Of a stretch of DNA of 64,000 nucleotides, positions 1-10,991 are shown piece by piece. The first letter of the stretch is position 1. Every line of letters starts with the position of its first letter. The position numbers and the translations under genes were made by a program. The notes under the pieces are model-generated. The model was not told the origin of the DNA. It worked only from the letters and a program-made list of their open reading frames with translations, and searched no databases. The stretch is from an uncultured Pseudomonadales bacterium (lineage in GTDB: Bacteria > Patescibacteriota > Microgenomatia > UBA1400 > UBA12028), in contig CAZWPK010000001.1 in assembly GCA_964635905.1 (NCBI GenBank), positions 288,293 to 352,292 on the forward strand. Reading direction: 5' to 3'.

Positions 1-119
1 CCTAACACATCAGGTGGCAAGAGAAAAATCCAAATTATTTGGCCATCTTTTGCATCGCAAAGATGGGTTGAATATGCTAGAGTACCTACTGCTAGAAAAA
101 AGTACTGCTGGGAGGTCGC

Positions 120-773
120 ATGGAAATTTCCTATTTAGGTCATTCATCATTCAAAATCAAAACCAAACAAGGCACCGTGATCACGGACCCGTTTGATAAA
201 AGCGTGGGATTTGCCTATCCCTCCGTCACCGGTGACATTGTGACGAGCTCCCATGATCATGCCGACCATCGTAATCTGTCGGCAGTCAAACCCGCAGCCG
301 GACGAGAAGCTCCGTTTCAAATTACTGCCGCCGGAGAATACGAAGTGGCAGGCATCTCTATTTTTGGATTTCCGTCCTTTCATGATGCGGTGCAGGGAAA
401 AGAACGTGGACCCAATATTGTCTATTCCATTGCTGCCGAAGGCATCACGGTTGTCCATCTGGGCGATCTTGGTCACGAATTAACCGATGCGTTCATTGAA
501 GACTTAGGTGAAGTTGATGTGCTGCTCTGTCCCGTGGGAGGTGTCTACACCATTGATTCCAAGACTGCAGTCGAAGTCATACAAGCTATTGATCCCTATT
601 ATGTCATTCCGATGCATTATAAAACCGCTGCCCATGAGTCTTCGACCTATGGTGCCTTGCAGACCGTTGAAGATTTTCAAAAAGCATACGGTGTGACGAT
701 CGAACCAGTCAAATCCTTGAGTGTCTCTTCCACGAAACCGGAACAGACCACCTTGGTAGTCTTGGAGAGCTAA
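120..773 (+). CDS. MBL-fold Zn-dependent hydrolase
   Basis: GHSSF, TDPF, SHDHADH and HLGDLGH motifs of the metallo-beta-lactamase superfamily; GGAGG RBS; abuts dnaB. Confidence 0.88.
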   Translation: MEISYLGHSSFKIKTKQGTVITDPFDKSVGFAYPSVTGDIVTSSHDHADHRNLSAVKPAAGREAPFQITAAGEYEVAGISIFGFPSFHDAVQGKERGPNIVYSIAAEGITVVHLGDLGHELTDAFIEDLGEVDVLLCPVGGVYTIDSKTAVEVIQAIDPYYVIPMHYKTAAHESSTYGALQTVEDFQKAYGVTIEPVKSLSVSSTKPEQTTLVVLES

Positions 774-2105
774 ATGGCAGTCGTACGGATTCCTCCGAAT
801 AACATTCCCGCCGAAGAAAGCGTGCTCGGGGCACTCTTATTAGATCATGATGCCATTGTGGCCGTCGCCGAACTCCTCAAACCAGAATTCTTCTACAAAG
901 ATATTCATCAAGCCGTGTTTCGCGCAATCATTGAGCTGTATTCGCAGCGCAGCCCCATCGACATCGTCACGGTATCGTCCCAACTAAAAAAGAACAAAGA
1001 TCTAAAGGAAGTAGGGGGAACCCCGTATCTCACGCAGCTTGCAGAAGCCGTTCCGACCTCCTCCCACGTTCGAGAATATGCCAAGATTGTCAAAGATCTG
1101 TATACCAAACGGCAACTGATTACACTTGCCGCAGATCTCAATGAGCTGGCTTTTGATGAAGGGAAGATGACTGAGGAAATTTTGGACAAAGCAGAATCTA
1201 ATGTGTTTGCGCTCTCGCAGACCCATGTGGAAAAGGGGTTTATTCCGCTAAAAGATGTCTTGGCCGAAAGTTTTGATCGTCTCGATGAACTGCAAAAGAA
1301 TGCCGGGGGACTCCGTGGGGTTCCGACAGGGTTTGCCGATCTGGACGATACCTTGTCCGGAATGCAAGCCTCCAACTTGTTAATTCTTGCGGCACGACCT
1401 GGTGTTGGGAAAACAGCGTTTTCCCTCAACATCGCCATGCAGACCGCCGTAGCCTATAAAAAGAAAGTCGCCTATTTTTCTTTGGAAATGAGTAAAGAAG
1501 AATTGGTCGATCGTTTGTTGGTCGCCCAAGCCGATATTGATGCCTGGAGATTAAAGACTGGACGACTCTCCGAAGATGACTTCACCAAACTCTCCGATGC
1601 CATGGGAGTGCTCGCAGATGCTCCAATCTATATTGACGACACTCCAGGAATCAGCGTCCTGGAACTGCGTACTAAAGCCCGCCGTTTAATGTCCGAACGG
1701 GGGATCGACATGATTGTGGTGGACTACTTGCAGCTTATGCACGGAAGTGGACTCTATAAAGAGAACAGAGTGCTGGAAATTGGAGAGATCTCCATGGGAC
1801 TAAAAAATATCGCTCGTGAACTCAAGGTCCCGGTACTCTCACTGGCACAGTTATCCCGTGCCGTGGAAAGCCGAGGCACCAAACAACCCCAGCTCTCCGA
1901 CCTACGTGAATCCGGATCTATCGAACAGGATGCAGACGTTGTGATGTTTTTGTACCGTGAGGACGATGACGAACGCGAGAATGTCAAACTAGGGATCGCC
2001 AAACACCGTAACGGAGCCCTGCGCAACATTGATTTATTCTTCAAGGGAGATCGTATCCGTTTCTACGGGGTGGAACGACGACAATCTATCGCGCCTACGA
2101 CGTAG
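774..2105 (+). CDS. dnaB: Replicative DNA helicase DnaB
   Basis: PP..AEESVLG N-terminus, Walker A AARPGVGKT, SLEMS, VVDYLQLM, QLSRAVE, DLRESGSIEQDADVV, AKHRNG. Confidence 0.98.
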   Translation: MAVVRIPPNNIPAEESVLGALLLDHDAIVAVAELLKPEFFYKDIHQAVFRAIIELYSQRSPIDIVTVSSQLKKNKDLKEVGGTPYLTQLAEAVPTSSHVREYAKIVKDLYTKRQLITLAADLNELAFDEGKMTEEILDKAESNVFALSQTHVEKGFIPLKDVLAESFDRLDELQKNAGGLRGVPTGFADLDDTLSGMQASNLLILAARPGVGKTAFSLNIAMQTAVAYKKKVAYFSLEMSKEELVDRLLVAQADIDAWRLKTGRLSEDDFTKLSDAMGVLADAPIYIDDTPGISVLELRTKARRLMSERGIDMIVVDYLQLMHGSGLYKENRVLEIGEISMGLKNIARELKVPVLSLAQLSRAVESRGTKQPQLSDLRESGSIEQDADVVMFLYREDDDERENVKLGIAKHRNGALRNIDLFFKGDRIRFYGVERRQSIAPTT

Positions 2106-2409
2106 ACGGAGAAATGGAACTTTCCAACGGAGAGAAGCCAAAGAGTAGATACATCAGTCCTCCACCTAAGGCCAAAAAGAGCAAAAAGAAACCTAAATTT
2201 CGGCGTAACACGGAACTGGTATTTTCAATTTTCTGTAAATGGTCCGTGCTGGCAAGAATCACCACCGCAATGCCAAACCAAATTCCACCTCGAAGGAAAA
2301 TAGATCCGATACTATCCACTGCAAATAAAAAGATGACGAACTCTCGTAATGCCAGACTATATTCTCGTGCAGTAAAGTGTTCATTCATCCGAGCCCAAGA
2401 CTGATTCAT
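2095..2409 (-). CDS. Small membrane protein (about 3 TM), unknown function
   Basis: 104-aa ORF with hydrophobic segments; TACACT -10-like hexamer 7 nt before the ATG. Confidence 0.65.
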   Translation of the reverse strand: MNQSWARMNEHFTAREYSLALREFVIFLFAVDSIGSIFLRGGIWFGIAVVILASTDHLQKIENTSSVLRRNLGFFLLFLALGGGLMYLLFGFSPLESSISPSTS

Positions 2410-2655
2410 TTGACTCAGTGTAGGGGAAAAAAGAGGAAAAGTCTAGGATGGAGAACGACATCTTTTTGTGAGCTCGAACGGGTATCCCAGAAACACTAAA
2501 TTCATTTAGTTAGCGATAATTTCTGACTCCTTTAGGTGATTTTGATGCTCTCCAGATCTAGAATAGTCCACATTTACCCGTAGGCCGTTTTTCAAAAAAA
2601 ACACGTCCGACGGGTAAAGATTTACTCGTTGAACGTGCAGCGACAAAACTTCTTG

Positions 2656-2739
2656 TGCCCAGGGTGGGAATCGAACCCACATGAGATTGCTCTCACACGA
2701 TTTTGAGTCGTGCGCGTCTGCCAGTTCCGCCACCTAGGC
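2656..2739 (-). tRNA. tRNA-Leu(CAA)
   Basis: GCCTAGG/CCTGGGC acceptor stem, anticodon arm CACGA-CT-CAA-AA-TCGTG, long variable arm, GGTTCGATTCC; CCA not encoded. Confidence 0.97.
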
Positions 2740-2805
2740 AAATTGCTTCTGCTTTTGACAGAACCTTATTATATCGCACGTTTCAAAAACCGGAGAAGGG
2801 AGACT

Positions 2806-3276
2806 TTATTTTCTCAGGTGACTTAAAAAGTCCAGTGGGGTGAAATCTCGTAATGGGCTGCTATAGAAACCAACTCTAGTGGGTTTACCATCAACAGGGA
2901 TACTAGCACTAACATGCATCACGTCGTGTTCTCCACCATAGGGACTATCATCCTTTACGGAAACCTCACTAACGATAAAGCCCTGCTTTCTGGCAAGCTG
3001 CTGGATGTACAAAATGAACTCTCGTTGTGCTGTTTTTCTTGCGGATGCTGCATTTGGGTGTTCGCGTAAAGCTGTTTGGAAAAAGTGTACATAGATTTGA
3101 TCAAATGCCTGACTAATCGCTCGGAGTGGGTTTCCAGCCTCCGTAAGCTCTTCTGCTCGTAGAGCTGTCGGAATCGGAATCGAGGTGGGGAGCGGAGGAA
3201 TGGTAAGAATGTCAGGAGGCTTTGTGAGCGAATCAACTAATCGCGATGAAAAATCACTATTTCCAATTTTTTCCAT
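2806..3276 (-). CDS. Hypothetical protein
   Basis: 156-aa ORF with ATG start filling the gap; no recognisable motif. Confidence 0.6.
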   Translation of the reverse strand: MEKIGNSDFSSRLVDSLTKPPDILTIPPLPTSIPIPTALRAEELTEAGNPLRAISQAFDQIYVHFFQTALREHPNAASARKTAQREFILYIQQLARKQGFIVSEVSVKDDSPYGGEHDVMHVSASIPVDGKPTRVGFYSSPLRDFTPLDFLSHLRK

Positions 3277-3380
3277 ACCAGACCCCTTCTAGTATAAGGT
3301 GAATGCGAACTGCTCGGTTAAGACTGGGAGATGCACACATCTATTGTAAGAAATATTCTACGCCGACTGTCAAGGAAACG

Positions 3381-3827
3381 TTATCGCAGTAACAGGATAA
3401 GACCAAACACCACGACCTGGGGTGCCAATCCCAACAACATATTAGGGGTGGAATGATGAAACCCATGATGGAAATCATTAAATGGTTTTAGCCACCAAGG
3501 ATTAAACTTTAAGAAATTGCGGGGTGCCTCGACAAAATCCGGGAGCAGTCCCATAAAGGCGCCAATCCAGGCATGGATGGCAAGCGTAGGGCTTGAAGCC
3601 TGAAATAACCAATAGATCAGGACAACGGACAAGGCTAAGTCACCCAGCTCCAGAAGAATAGCCGTTGATTTTTTCCGCGTCCCATTCGACAGTCCTGTTC
3701 CCACATCCCAGTGTAAAATCCAGTCTTCCAGATAGTGGGAGGCTAAAGTGAGCGGAATATAGAGCAGTGGATTTGGTAGTTTGGTAGCGATGAACGCGCC
3801 TGTTAAAGAGTGAGAAATCGATAACAT
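3381..3827 (-). CDS. Membrane protein, YdjM-like metal-dependent hydrolase superfamily
   Basis: HSLTG, SHYLEDWILHWD, LLPD and FHHGFHH His/Asp motifs within TM segments. Confidence 0.65.
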   Translation of the reverse strand: MLSISHSLTGAFIATKLPNPLLYIPLTLASHYLEDWILHWDVGTGLSNGTRKKSTAILLELGDLALSVVLIYWLFQASSPTLAIHAWIGAFMGLLPDFVEAPRNFLKFNPWWLKPFNDFHHGFHHSTPNMLLGLAPQVVVFGLILLLR

Positions 3828-3900
3828 AGAGAGATTTATTGTAGTCTATTCTCAAGAAGATTTAAAGCGATCATTGAATGTTTAGTGCTATAGTAAATGT

Positions 3901-4254
3901 ATGGTCAAACAAAAGTTCGTGTTTTTGTTTTTCATTTTTGTCTTGTATCTCTGTTTCTTATGCGGGTTATTTGTGCTTCCCATTGTGTTTGCGGGAATTG
4001 CCAGCTTGTCGGCTCCCTACAGTAATTTCCCTCCCACCAATATCGTGTTTTGGAATTTATTTTGTCTTGCATTTATTGCTCCCATTGGATTTATGCTCTT
4101 TTTAGCGATTTCAACGTTTGTTGTGTGTCGCAAGCATGCGCCAAAAATTCCAGAGTGGTTTCGTATCTTAGATCGCTATATCTACCTAACGATCATTGTC
4201 TGGGTCATTGTCCAGTTGCTATTTCCTCAGTTGCGTCCGGGATACTTTCCCTAA
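3901..4254 (+). CDS. Hypothetical membrane protein
   Basis: 117 aa with three hydrophobic helices; TATAGT 6 nt upstream of the ATG. Confidence 0.55.
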   Translation: MVKQKFVFLFFIFVLYLCFLCGLFVLPIVFAGIASLSAPYSNFPPTNIVFWNLFCLAFIAPIGFMLFLAISTFVVCRKHAPKIPEWFRILDRYIYLTIIVWVIVQLLFPQLRPGYFP

Positions 4255-4322
4255 CCACAGTGCACGTGGCATAAAGTGCTATACTCGATCCAGTATCAAC
4301 CCAAGGTGCGTGATAGAAATGG

Positions 4323-5561
4323 ATGGCTATGAACGATCCGTATGCAAATGCTCTCGTACAACTGCAAGAAGTTGCGTCGTTACTCGATTTAAATCCCTCA
4401 ACGGTGGCAATCTTGTCCACGCCTAATCGGCTGGCTACCGTCACGTTTCCAGTCAAAATGGATGATGGCAGCGTTGCCGTCTTTACCGGATTTCGTTCAC
4501 AACACAATAATGCACGTGGTCCCTATAAAGGGGGAATTCGTTTCCATCCCCAAGTCAGTGAATCGGAAGTAAAAGCATTATCCATGTGGATGACGTGGAA
4601 ATGCGCAATTGCCAATATCCCTTATGGTGGAGGAAAAGGTGGCGTCATTGTTGATCCAAAAAAACTTTCAGCCAGCGAACTCGAACGCGTTGCACGCGCA
4701 TACATTCAACGAATTGCACCAATCATCGGTGAAGATACCGATATCCCCGCCCCAGATGTCAACACGGATGGCAAGGTGATGGACTGGATGCTGTCAGAAT
4801 ATGAGAAGGTGTTGGGAAAACCCTCGAAAGCAACGTTTACCGGCAAACCCATTGAGCATGGGGGAAGTCAGGGACGAACGGAGGCGACAGGATACGGTGG
4901 GGTTTTTGTACTAAACCGATTAATTGAGTTACTTGGGAAAAAGCGGGAAGGTCACACGGTCGCCATTCAAGGATTTGGGAATGTCGGTTCCTATTTTGCC
5001 AAAGCAGCCTTTGATGCAGGGTACACCGTCGTTGCACTTTCAGATTCGAAAGGGGCGATCCACAACGAGTCAGGTATTGATCCCTACAAAGCGGAAGCCC
5101 ATAAACAGGCGACTGGGAGTTTGAGCGGATTTGCTGGAACGACCGAACTGACCAATGAAGCACTCTTAGAACTAAAAGTAGATATTCTCGTTCCCAGTGC
5201 GCTTGAAAATGTCATTACGCAGGAAAATGTGTCCAAACTTCGTTCTAACATTATCATCGAAATGGCCAACGGACCCGTCGTTCCACAAGTCGACGAATAC
5301 CTCCAAGCACACGGCATTATCAGCGTTCCCGATGTCTTGGCAAACAGTGGAGGGGTAACGGTGTCGTATTTTGAATGGGTGCAAAACAAAGAGGGTAGTA
5401 GTTGGAGTAAAGAAGAAGTCCTTTCAAAGCTGGAAGAAACTATTACGGTTGCTACCAATGAAGCCTATGCCATGAAAGAACAGCATGCAGTGACAATGCG
5501 GATGGGAGCGTATATGAATGGAGTAGCCCGCGTTGCCAGTGCGCTTGAAAAGAGTCTATGA
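4323..5561 (+). CDS. gdhA: Glu/Leu/Phe/Val dehydrogenase (glutamate dehydrogenase)
   Basis: GPYKGGIRF, KCA, GGGKGG, DIPAPDV, GRTEATG, GFGNVG, EMANGP, ANSGGVTVSYFEW. Confidence 0.95.
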   Translation: MAMNDPYANALVQLQEVASLLDLNPSTVAILSTPNRLATVTFPVKMDDGSVAVFTGFRSQHNNARGPYKGGIRFHPQVSESEVKALSMWMTWKCAIANIPYGGGKGGVIVDPKKLSASELERVARAYIQRIAPIIGEDTDIPAPDVNTDGKVMDWMLSEYEKVLGKPSKATFTGKPIEHGGSQGRTEATGYGGVFVLNRLIELLGKKREGHTVAIQGFGNVGSYFAKAAFDAGYTVVALSDSKGAIHNESGIDPYKAEAHKQATGSLSGFAGTTELTNEALLELKVDILVPSALENVITQENVSKLRSNIIIEMANGPVVPQVDEYLQAHGIISVPDVLANSGGVTVSYFEWVQNKEGSSWSKEEVLSKLEETITVATNEAYAMKEQHAVTMRMGAYMNGVARVASALEKSL

Positions 5562-6298
5562 TGTGGTCGATTGTGTCGGCAGTCTTACTCGTGGTCGTTA
5601 CGTATGTGACGTTGTTTTTCGTGTGGAGAAAAGTAGATCAAGAACACATCGATGGGATCGAGACTTTTTTTGATGTCATCGTAAAATCTAGTGTAGTTGC
5701 CTATGCCGCCGGAAGAATAGGGTACCTCTTACTCTCGTTGCGTTTTCCCATAACTTCGATCACTGCGATTTGGTCATCCGGGCTCTCTAGTGTTTCAATC
5801 CCACTATTTATTGCCGGATTCTTCCTGGCATTTTATCGTTTTTCCATTCCACATTGGAAGGATCGTTTCCACTTACTCGACCTCATTTCAATTGGCATGT
5901 CCTGTTGGGTATCGTTGTGCTTTCTTTGTCTGACTCTGGTGGGAATTCGCCCATTTTTGGGGACAACGATTGTGGCTGCGTCGCTGTGGTCATCGCTGCT
6001 GTTGCCACTAGTGTTTGTTGTTCTCTTTGGTCTGCTCTTTATCCTACTGACCCAGTTGGAACAGGTGTACCGGACATTTATGTGGTATCGCTACCGACGA
6101 AGTAGTGCACAAAGTGGTTTTGTCGTGGCAGCTTTTTTTATCGGCGGAGGTGTGCTGCTCTTGGCTCGATTACTCTTATTTGAGGGGGTCCAATGGAACT
6201 TTTCTTTCATTGGGGAACTGATTATCACATTGCTCTTTGTCCTCTCAGGCTTTATCATCCTCTACATCCGGTCTGGTCGATTCAAACTTCGATCGTAA
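5558..6298 (+). CDS. Divergent prolipoprotein diacylglyceryl transferase (Lgt-like) membrane protein
   Basis: Multi-TM; GRIGY resembles Lgt GARL.Y; lies upstream of dksA-lspA-rluD; canonical Lgt catalytic motifs not clearly visible. Confidence 0.5.
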   Translation: MMWSIVSAVLLVVVTYVTLFFVWRKVDQEHIDGIETFFDVIVKSSVVAYAAGRIGYLLLSLRFPITSITAIWSSGLSSVSIPLFIAGFFLAFYRFSIPHWKDRFHLLDLISIGMSCWVSLCFLCLTLVGIRPFLGTTIVAASLWSSLLLPLVFVVLFGLLFILLTQLEQVYRTFMWYRYRRSSAQSGFVVAAFFIGGGVLLLARLLLFEGVQWNFSFIGELIITLLFVLSGFIILYIRSGRFKLRS

Positions 6299-6335
6299 GG
6301 GAAATTCAACGACACATTAGATATAAGGAGATCCT

Positions 6336-6668
6336 ATGGCTCTATCTTCCACTCAACTGGAACAACTACAAGGAATGCTCACGGAGCAGCATGCCCGTTT
6401 AACCAACGTGTTAGAGTCCCTAAAAGCTGGCGATCCCGCTTCGAACCCCGAACGCACGAATGATAATGCGGACATCGGAAATGAAGCGACGGAAAGTAGT
6501 CAGCTGGTTGAATACGAATCATTGGAACGTGAAACACAAATACTCCTGGATCGAACGCAACATGCGTTGGACAGTATTCAAGCTGGAACCTATGGGACAA
6601 CCGCAGAGGGGAAAGAGATTCCTTTCGAACGCTTGTTAATTGACCCCACGGCGACCACCACGGTGTAA
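6336..6668 (+). CDS. DksA/TraR family protein lacking the C4 zinc finger
   Basis: Coiled coil followed by AL..I..GTYG....G.EIP.ERL...PTA; no cysteines; AAGGAG RBS. Confidence 0.8.
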   Translation: MALSSTQLEQLQGMLTEQHARLTNVLESLKAGDPASNPERTNDNADIGNEATESSQLVEYESLERETQILLDRTQHALDSIQAGTYGTTAEGKEIPFERLLIDPTATTTV

Positions 6669-6671
6669 GAC

Positions 6672-7082
6672 ATGAATAAAACCGCATTGACGTTGTGCAG
6701 TCTCATTGCAGTGTGTACTCTCCTAGCGGATCAACTCGTCAAGCTAACGTTCTCCTTGGAGAAAACGATTCTCAATCCGGGAATTTCATTTGGGTTTTTT
6801 AGTGGACCGCTGTTAACTCTACTGCTTTTGGGAATCTTGATTGCAGTGGTGGTGTTTCTGACACGTCATCGTGCGCCAGCGATTCCGACAGGGCTGCTAG
6901 TTGGAGCGGCGACTTCTAATCTGCTAGACCGATTGGTTTTTGGGGGAGTACGCGATATTTTCGCGCTTCCGGTCATCAACGTTTATAATAACCTAGCAGA
7001 CTGGGCGATTGTGATTGCAGTTGTCTGGTTATTTATTTGGCAATCCCGAACACTACCAACCTATGAATCCCACAGACTATAG
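6672..7082 (+). CDS. lspA: Lipoprotein signal peptidase II
   Basis: DQLVK, NPGISFG, SNLLDR, GGVRD, NLAD motifs. Confidence 0.88.
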   Translation: MNKTALTLCSLIAVCTLLADQLVKLTFSLEKTILNPGISFGFFSGPLLTLLLLGILIAVVVFLTRHRAPAIPTGLLVGAATSNLLDRLVFGGVRDIFALPVINVYNNLADWAIVIAVVWLFIWQSRTLPTYESHRL

Positions 7083-7875
7083 TCAACTAGAAGCAAACAT
7101 CCTTTTTGAAGATCACGACCTAGTGGTGCTCAACAAACCCGCGGGCTGGGTCGTCAATCGTTCGCATACCTTTGATGGGTTAACGGTGCAGGACTTTAGT
7201 GCAGCGCGCTTGGGCATGGATGCCAAAACCACCGCGGAGCTCACCGCTACGATGGAGCATCCGTTCGGAACACCAACAGAGATCTTTAACGAACGCCAAG
7301 GAATTGTCCATCGTTTGGATAAAGAGACTTCCGGCGTACTACTTTTGGCTAAAAATGAGCCAACGTTAACGGAGCTGTTGCGTCAGTTTAAAGCCCGGGA
7401 AGTCCAAAAGACCTATGTTGCGCTGGTGCATGGCAAACTTCTCCCACCCGTTGGGATAATTCGCTTACCCATGGAACGAAGTAGTAATGACTATAAAAAA
7501 TTCACGGTCTCTATCGATGGTAAACTCGGTGAAACGAACTATGCAGTCGTGGAATATTACCCGCATCTACCCACCGGAATTTCTGCCAAAAAAGGGAAAT
7601 CGTATCAAGGTTTTTCTTTGGTAGAGTTGCAACCAAAAACGGGGAGGACGCATCAGATTCGTGTGCACATGAGTGCGATTAAACATCCCTTAGTCGGGGA
7701 TGAAATCTATACCGGGAAGAAGCGCTATCCCATTGATCATGAATGGTGTCCCCGTCATTTCTTACATGCAAAGCAATTACGCTTTGTTCACCCCAAAACA
7801 AAAGAAATTCTGACGATTCAGGCACCGCTTCCGGAGGAACTGGAACTTGTCCTACAAAAACTAACACCGCAGTAA
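7063..7875 (+). CDS. RluA/RluD-family pseudouridine synthase
   Basis: NKPAG, HRLDKETSG, GRTHQIRVH, HPLVGD, LHA; ATG at 7063 preferred over the TTG at 7015. Confidence 0.95.
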   Translation: MNPTDYSQLEANILFEDHDLVVLNKPAGWVVNRSHTFDGLTVQDFSAARLGMDAKTTAELTATMEHPFGTPTEIFNERQGIVHRLDKETSGVLLLAKNEPTLTELLRQFKAREVQKTYVALVHGKLLPPVGIIRLPMERSSNDYKKFTVSIDGKLGETNYAVVEYYPHLPTGISAKKGKSYQGFSLVELQPKTGRTHQIRVHMSAIKHPLVGDEIYTGKKRYPIDHEWCPRHFLHAKQLRFVHPKTKEILTIQAPLPEELELVLQKLTPQ

Positions 7876-8253
7876 TTACAACCGAAGGCTAGTTCCTAAT
7901 CGAGGTTGGCTAGAATCCAACACTAGCGTTCCGTTTTTTTCAAAGATTACTTCGGTAGTAGTGGAAATAAGATACTCCACCTCTCGATATGCGCAAATTT
8001 TTCTGGCAACGATGGCAAGTAATCGAAGGTAATACGCTCGTTCGTTGCTATCGGTTTTTGTTTGAAGGTAGTAGTTGAGGTTCGCAAACGCAAGTTCTAG
8101 CTCTTTTAGTTTATTTTCACGTGTTTGATTCACTTCCTTTGCAAACTGCGCTTCGTAGTGCGACAGATTGACGTTACGAATGTAGACAGACCCACCATAT
8201 TGACGCAGTGTTGTAACTACATAGTCAGGAAAACGTTGGCGTTCTCGGATCAT
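7876..8253 (-). CDS. Hypothetical protein
   Basis: 125-aa ORF; TATAAT 8 nt upstream of the ATG. Confidence 0.55.
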   Translation of the reverse strand: MIRERQRFPDYVVTTLRQYGGSVYIRNVNLSHYEAQFAKEVNQTRENKLKELELAFANLNYYLQTKTDSNERAYYLRLLAIVARKICAYREVEYLISTTTEVIFEKNGTLVLDSSQPRLGTSLRL

Positions 8254-8312
8254 GCGTCAGGATTATACACCCAAAGAAAAACCGTACTGTAAGAAAGTAT
8301 CAATCATCATTT

Positions 8313-9389
8313 TTAATGAATCCACATTGCATCTCCAAAGGAGTAATAACGATAGTTATGATCCAGGGCATGCTGATAGGCACGACCCGTCAAACTGGAT
8401 TGAAAATCAACAAATGTCGTGGCAGTTGTGGGACTACTGACAAACGCCGCGATGAGCATGAGTAAGGTTGATTTTGGGATATGGAAGTTGGTGATGATGC
8501 TGTCGACAAACTTGTATTGATAGGGAGGGTAAATAAAAATCTGTGTGTCTCCTGATCCTGCCTGAAGGTTTCCAGTTTCATCGGCACAGCTTTCAAGCAC
8601 GCGCACGCAAGTCGTCCCCACTGCGATGATGAGCTTTCCCATTTTTTTGGCCGCAGTTAGCCGTCGGGCGACGTCACTGGTTAATTCATACCTTTCGGAA
8701 TGCATCGGATGGTCATCTATACGATCGGTTTTCACTGGAAGGAATGTCCCTAGCCCCACGTGCAAGGTGACTTCTTCAATTTGGACGCCGTTTTCTCGGA
8801 GCTTTTCTAGAAGCGCGGGAGTGAAATGCAGTCCAGCCGTCGGAGCGGCGACGGCTCCGATTTTAGATGCATAGACAGTCTGATAATGGGCACGAAGAGA
8901 TTGCTCATCCGCTAGATCCCAGGAAATGTAGGGTGGAATGGGTGTATGACCGATCCGATAGAGAAGTTCGAAAAAACGTTCCCTGGGGAGTGAGAATTCA
9001 AGTAGACGGGTATACCCTAACACTGCCGTGCACGTTACCTTGACTGTCGTATCGAGCCAGACAATCGCACCCATAGAAAGTCCTGGTTTACTTAGGCATT
9101 CAAAGGTAATGGACTCCGGGGTCTGGGAGACTTCTTTTTCAAGTAATAGTTCAATCGTTTTTCCAGTTTCTGTTGTTGCAAAGAGTCGGGCGGGTAGCAC
9201 TTTTGTATTATTGATGACTAGGACATCGTTTTTTCCCAAGAGCTCACCTAAATCTTTAAAACGATGATCCGTCAATGTGCCAGTCGTGCGATCTACTTCT
9301 AATAACCTACTATGATCGCGGGGTTCCATTGGAGACTGGGCAATTCGCTCATTGGGAAGTTGATAATCGAAATCAGAGAGGGTAACCAT
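8313..9389 (-). CDS. queA: S-adenosylmethionine:tRNA ribosyltransferase-isomerase
   Basis: DFDYQLP..IAQ, NNTKVLPARL, PIPPYI, YQTVYA, AAPTAGLHFT, TLHVGLGTF, TNFH.PKSTLL, YSFGDAM. Confidence 0.97.
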   Translation of the reverse strand: MVTLSDFDYQLPNERIAQSPMEPRDHSRLLEVDRTTGTLTDHRFKDLGELLGKNDVLVINNTKVLPARLFATTETGKTIELLLEKEVSQTPESITFECLSKPGLSMGAIVWLDTTVKVTCTAVLGYTRLLEFSLPRERFFELLYRIGHTPIPPYISWDLADEQSLRAHYQTVYASKIGAVAAPTAGLHFTPALLEKLRENGVQIEEVTLHVGLGTFLPVKTDRIDDHPMHSERYELTSDVARRLTAAKKMGKLIIAVGTTCVRVLESCADETGNLQAGSGDTQIFIYPPYQYKFVDSIITNFHIPKSTLLMLIAAFVSSPTTATTFVDFQSSLTGRAYQHALDHNYRYYSFGDAMWIH

Positions 9390-9392
9390 ACC

Positions 9393-9728
9393 TTAGAGTG
9401 ATGCGGTAAACTCCACCATCAGTCGGTCTTCATCTTTACGAAGCGAACGAATTTGTGCATCCACATTGTCCCGAGCTTTTTGCAGAGCAGGTTTGGCAGA
9501 GAAGTTTAATTGATTATTGATTTCGGCCCAAAGTCGGCGCAACTGAAAATCATGATTTTGCATTCCTTTGCGCACTAACTCATACTGTGCATGACGGGAC
9601 AGAGTGTGCCACTCTGGAAAACGGCTAAGCGTTGTGGGCTCATATTCTCCCAGCTCAATTGCTTTAAGCAGGGTAATCGTGGTTGTTGCGGTGGGTTTTG
9701 CCCCCGAGGAAGTTGGTTCATTTTCCAT
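9393..9728 (-). CDS. Hypothetical protein directly upstream of queA
   Basis: Likely start MENEPT at 9728 (the 9758 ATG overlaps tgt); stop 3 nt before the queA start. Confidence 0.65.
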   Translation of the reverse strand: MENEPTSSGAKPTATTTITLLKAIELGEYEPTTLSRFPEWHTLSRHAQYELVRKGMQNHDFQLRRLWAEINNQLNFSAKPALQKARDNVDAQIRSLRKDEDRLMVEFTASL

Positions 9729-9733
9729 ATTGA

Positions 9734-10939
<1,206 letters not shown>

Positions 10940-10991
10940 CCTGATTTGAGTGTGACATCAAGAAGGATCTTGTGTATTCTTGTATCTTGCT

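Noticed and set aside
2506-2733. Track ORFs overlapping tRNAs (also the extensions at 48571-48657, 59334-59402, 61368-61604, and ORF 59564-59818)
   Set aside because: Artefacts of reading through tRNA genes
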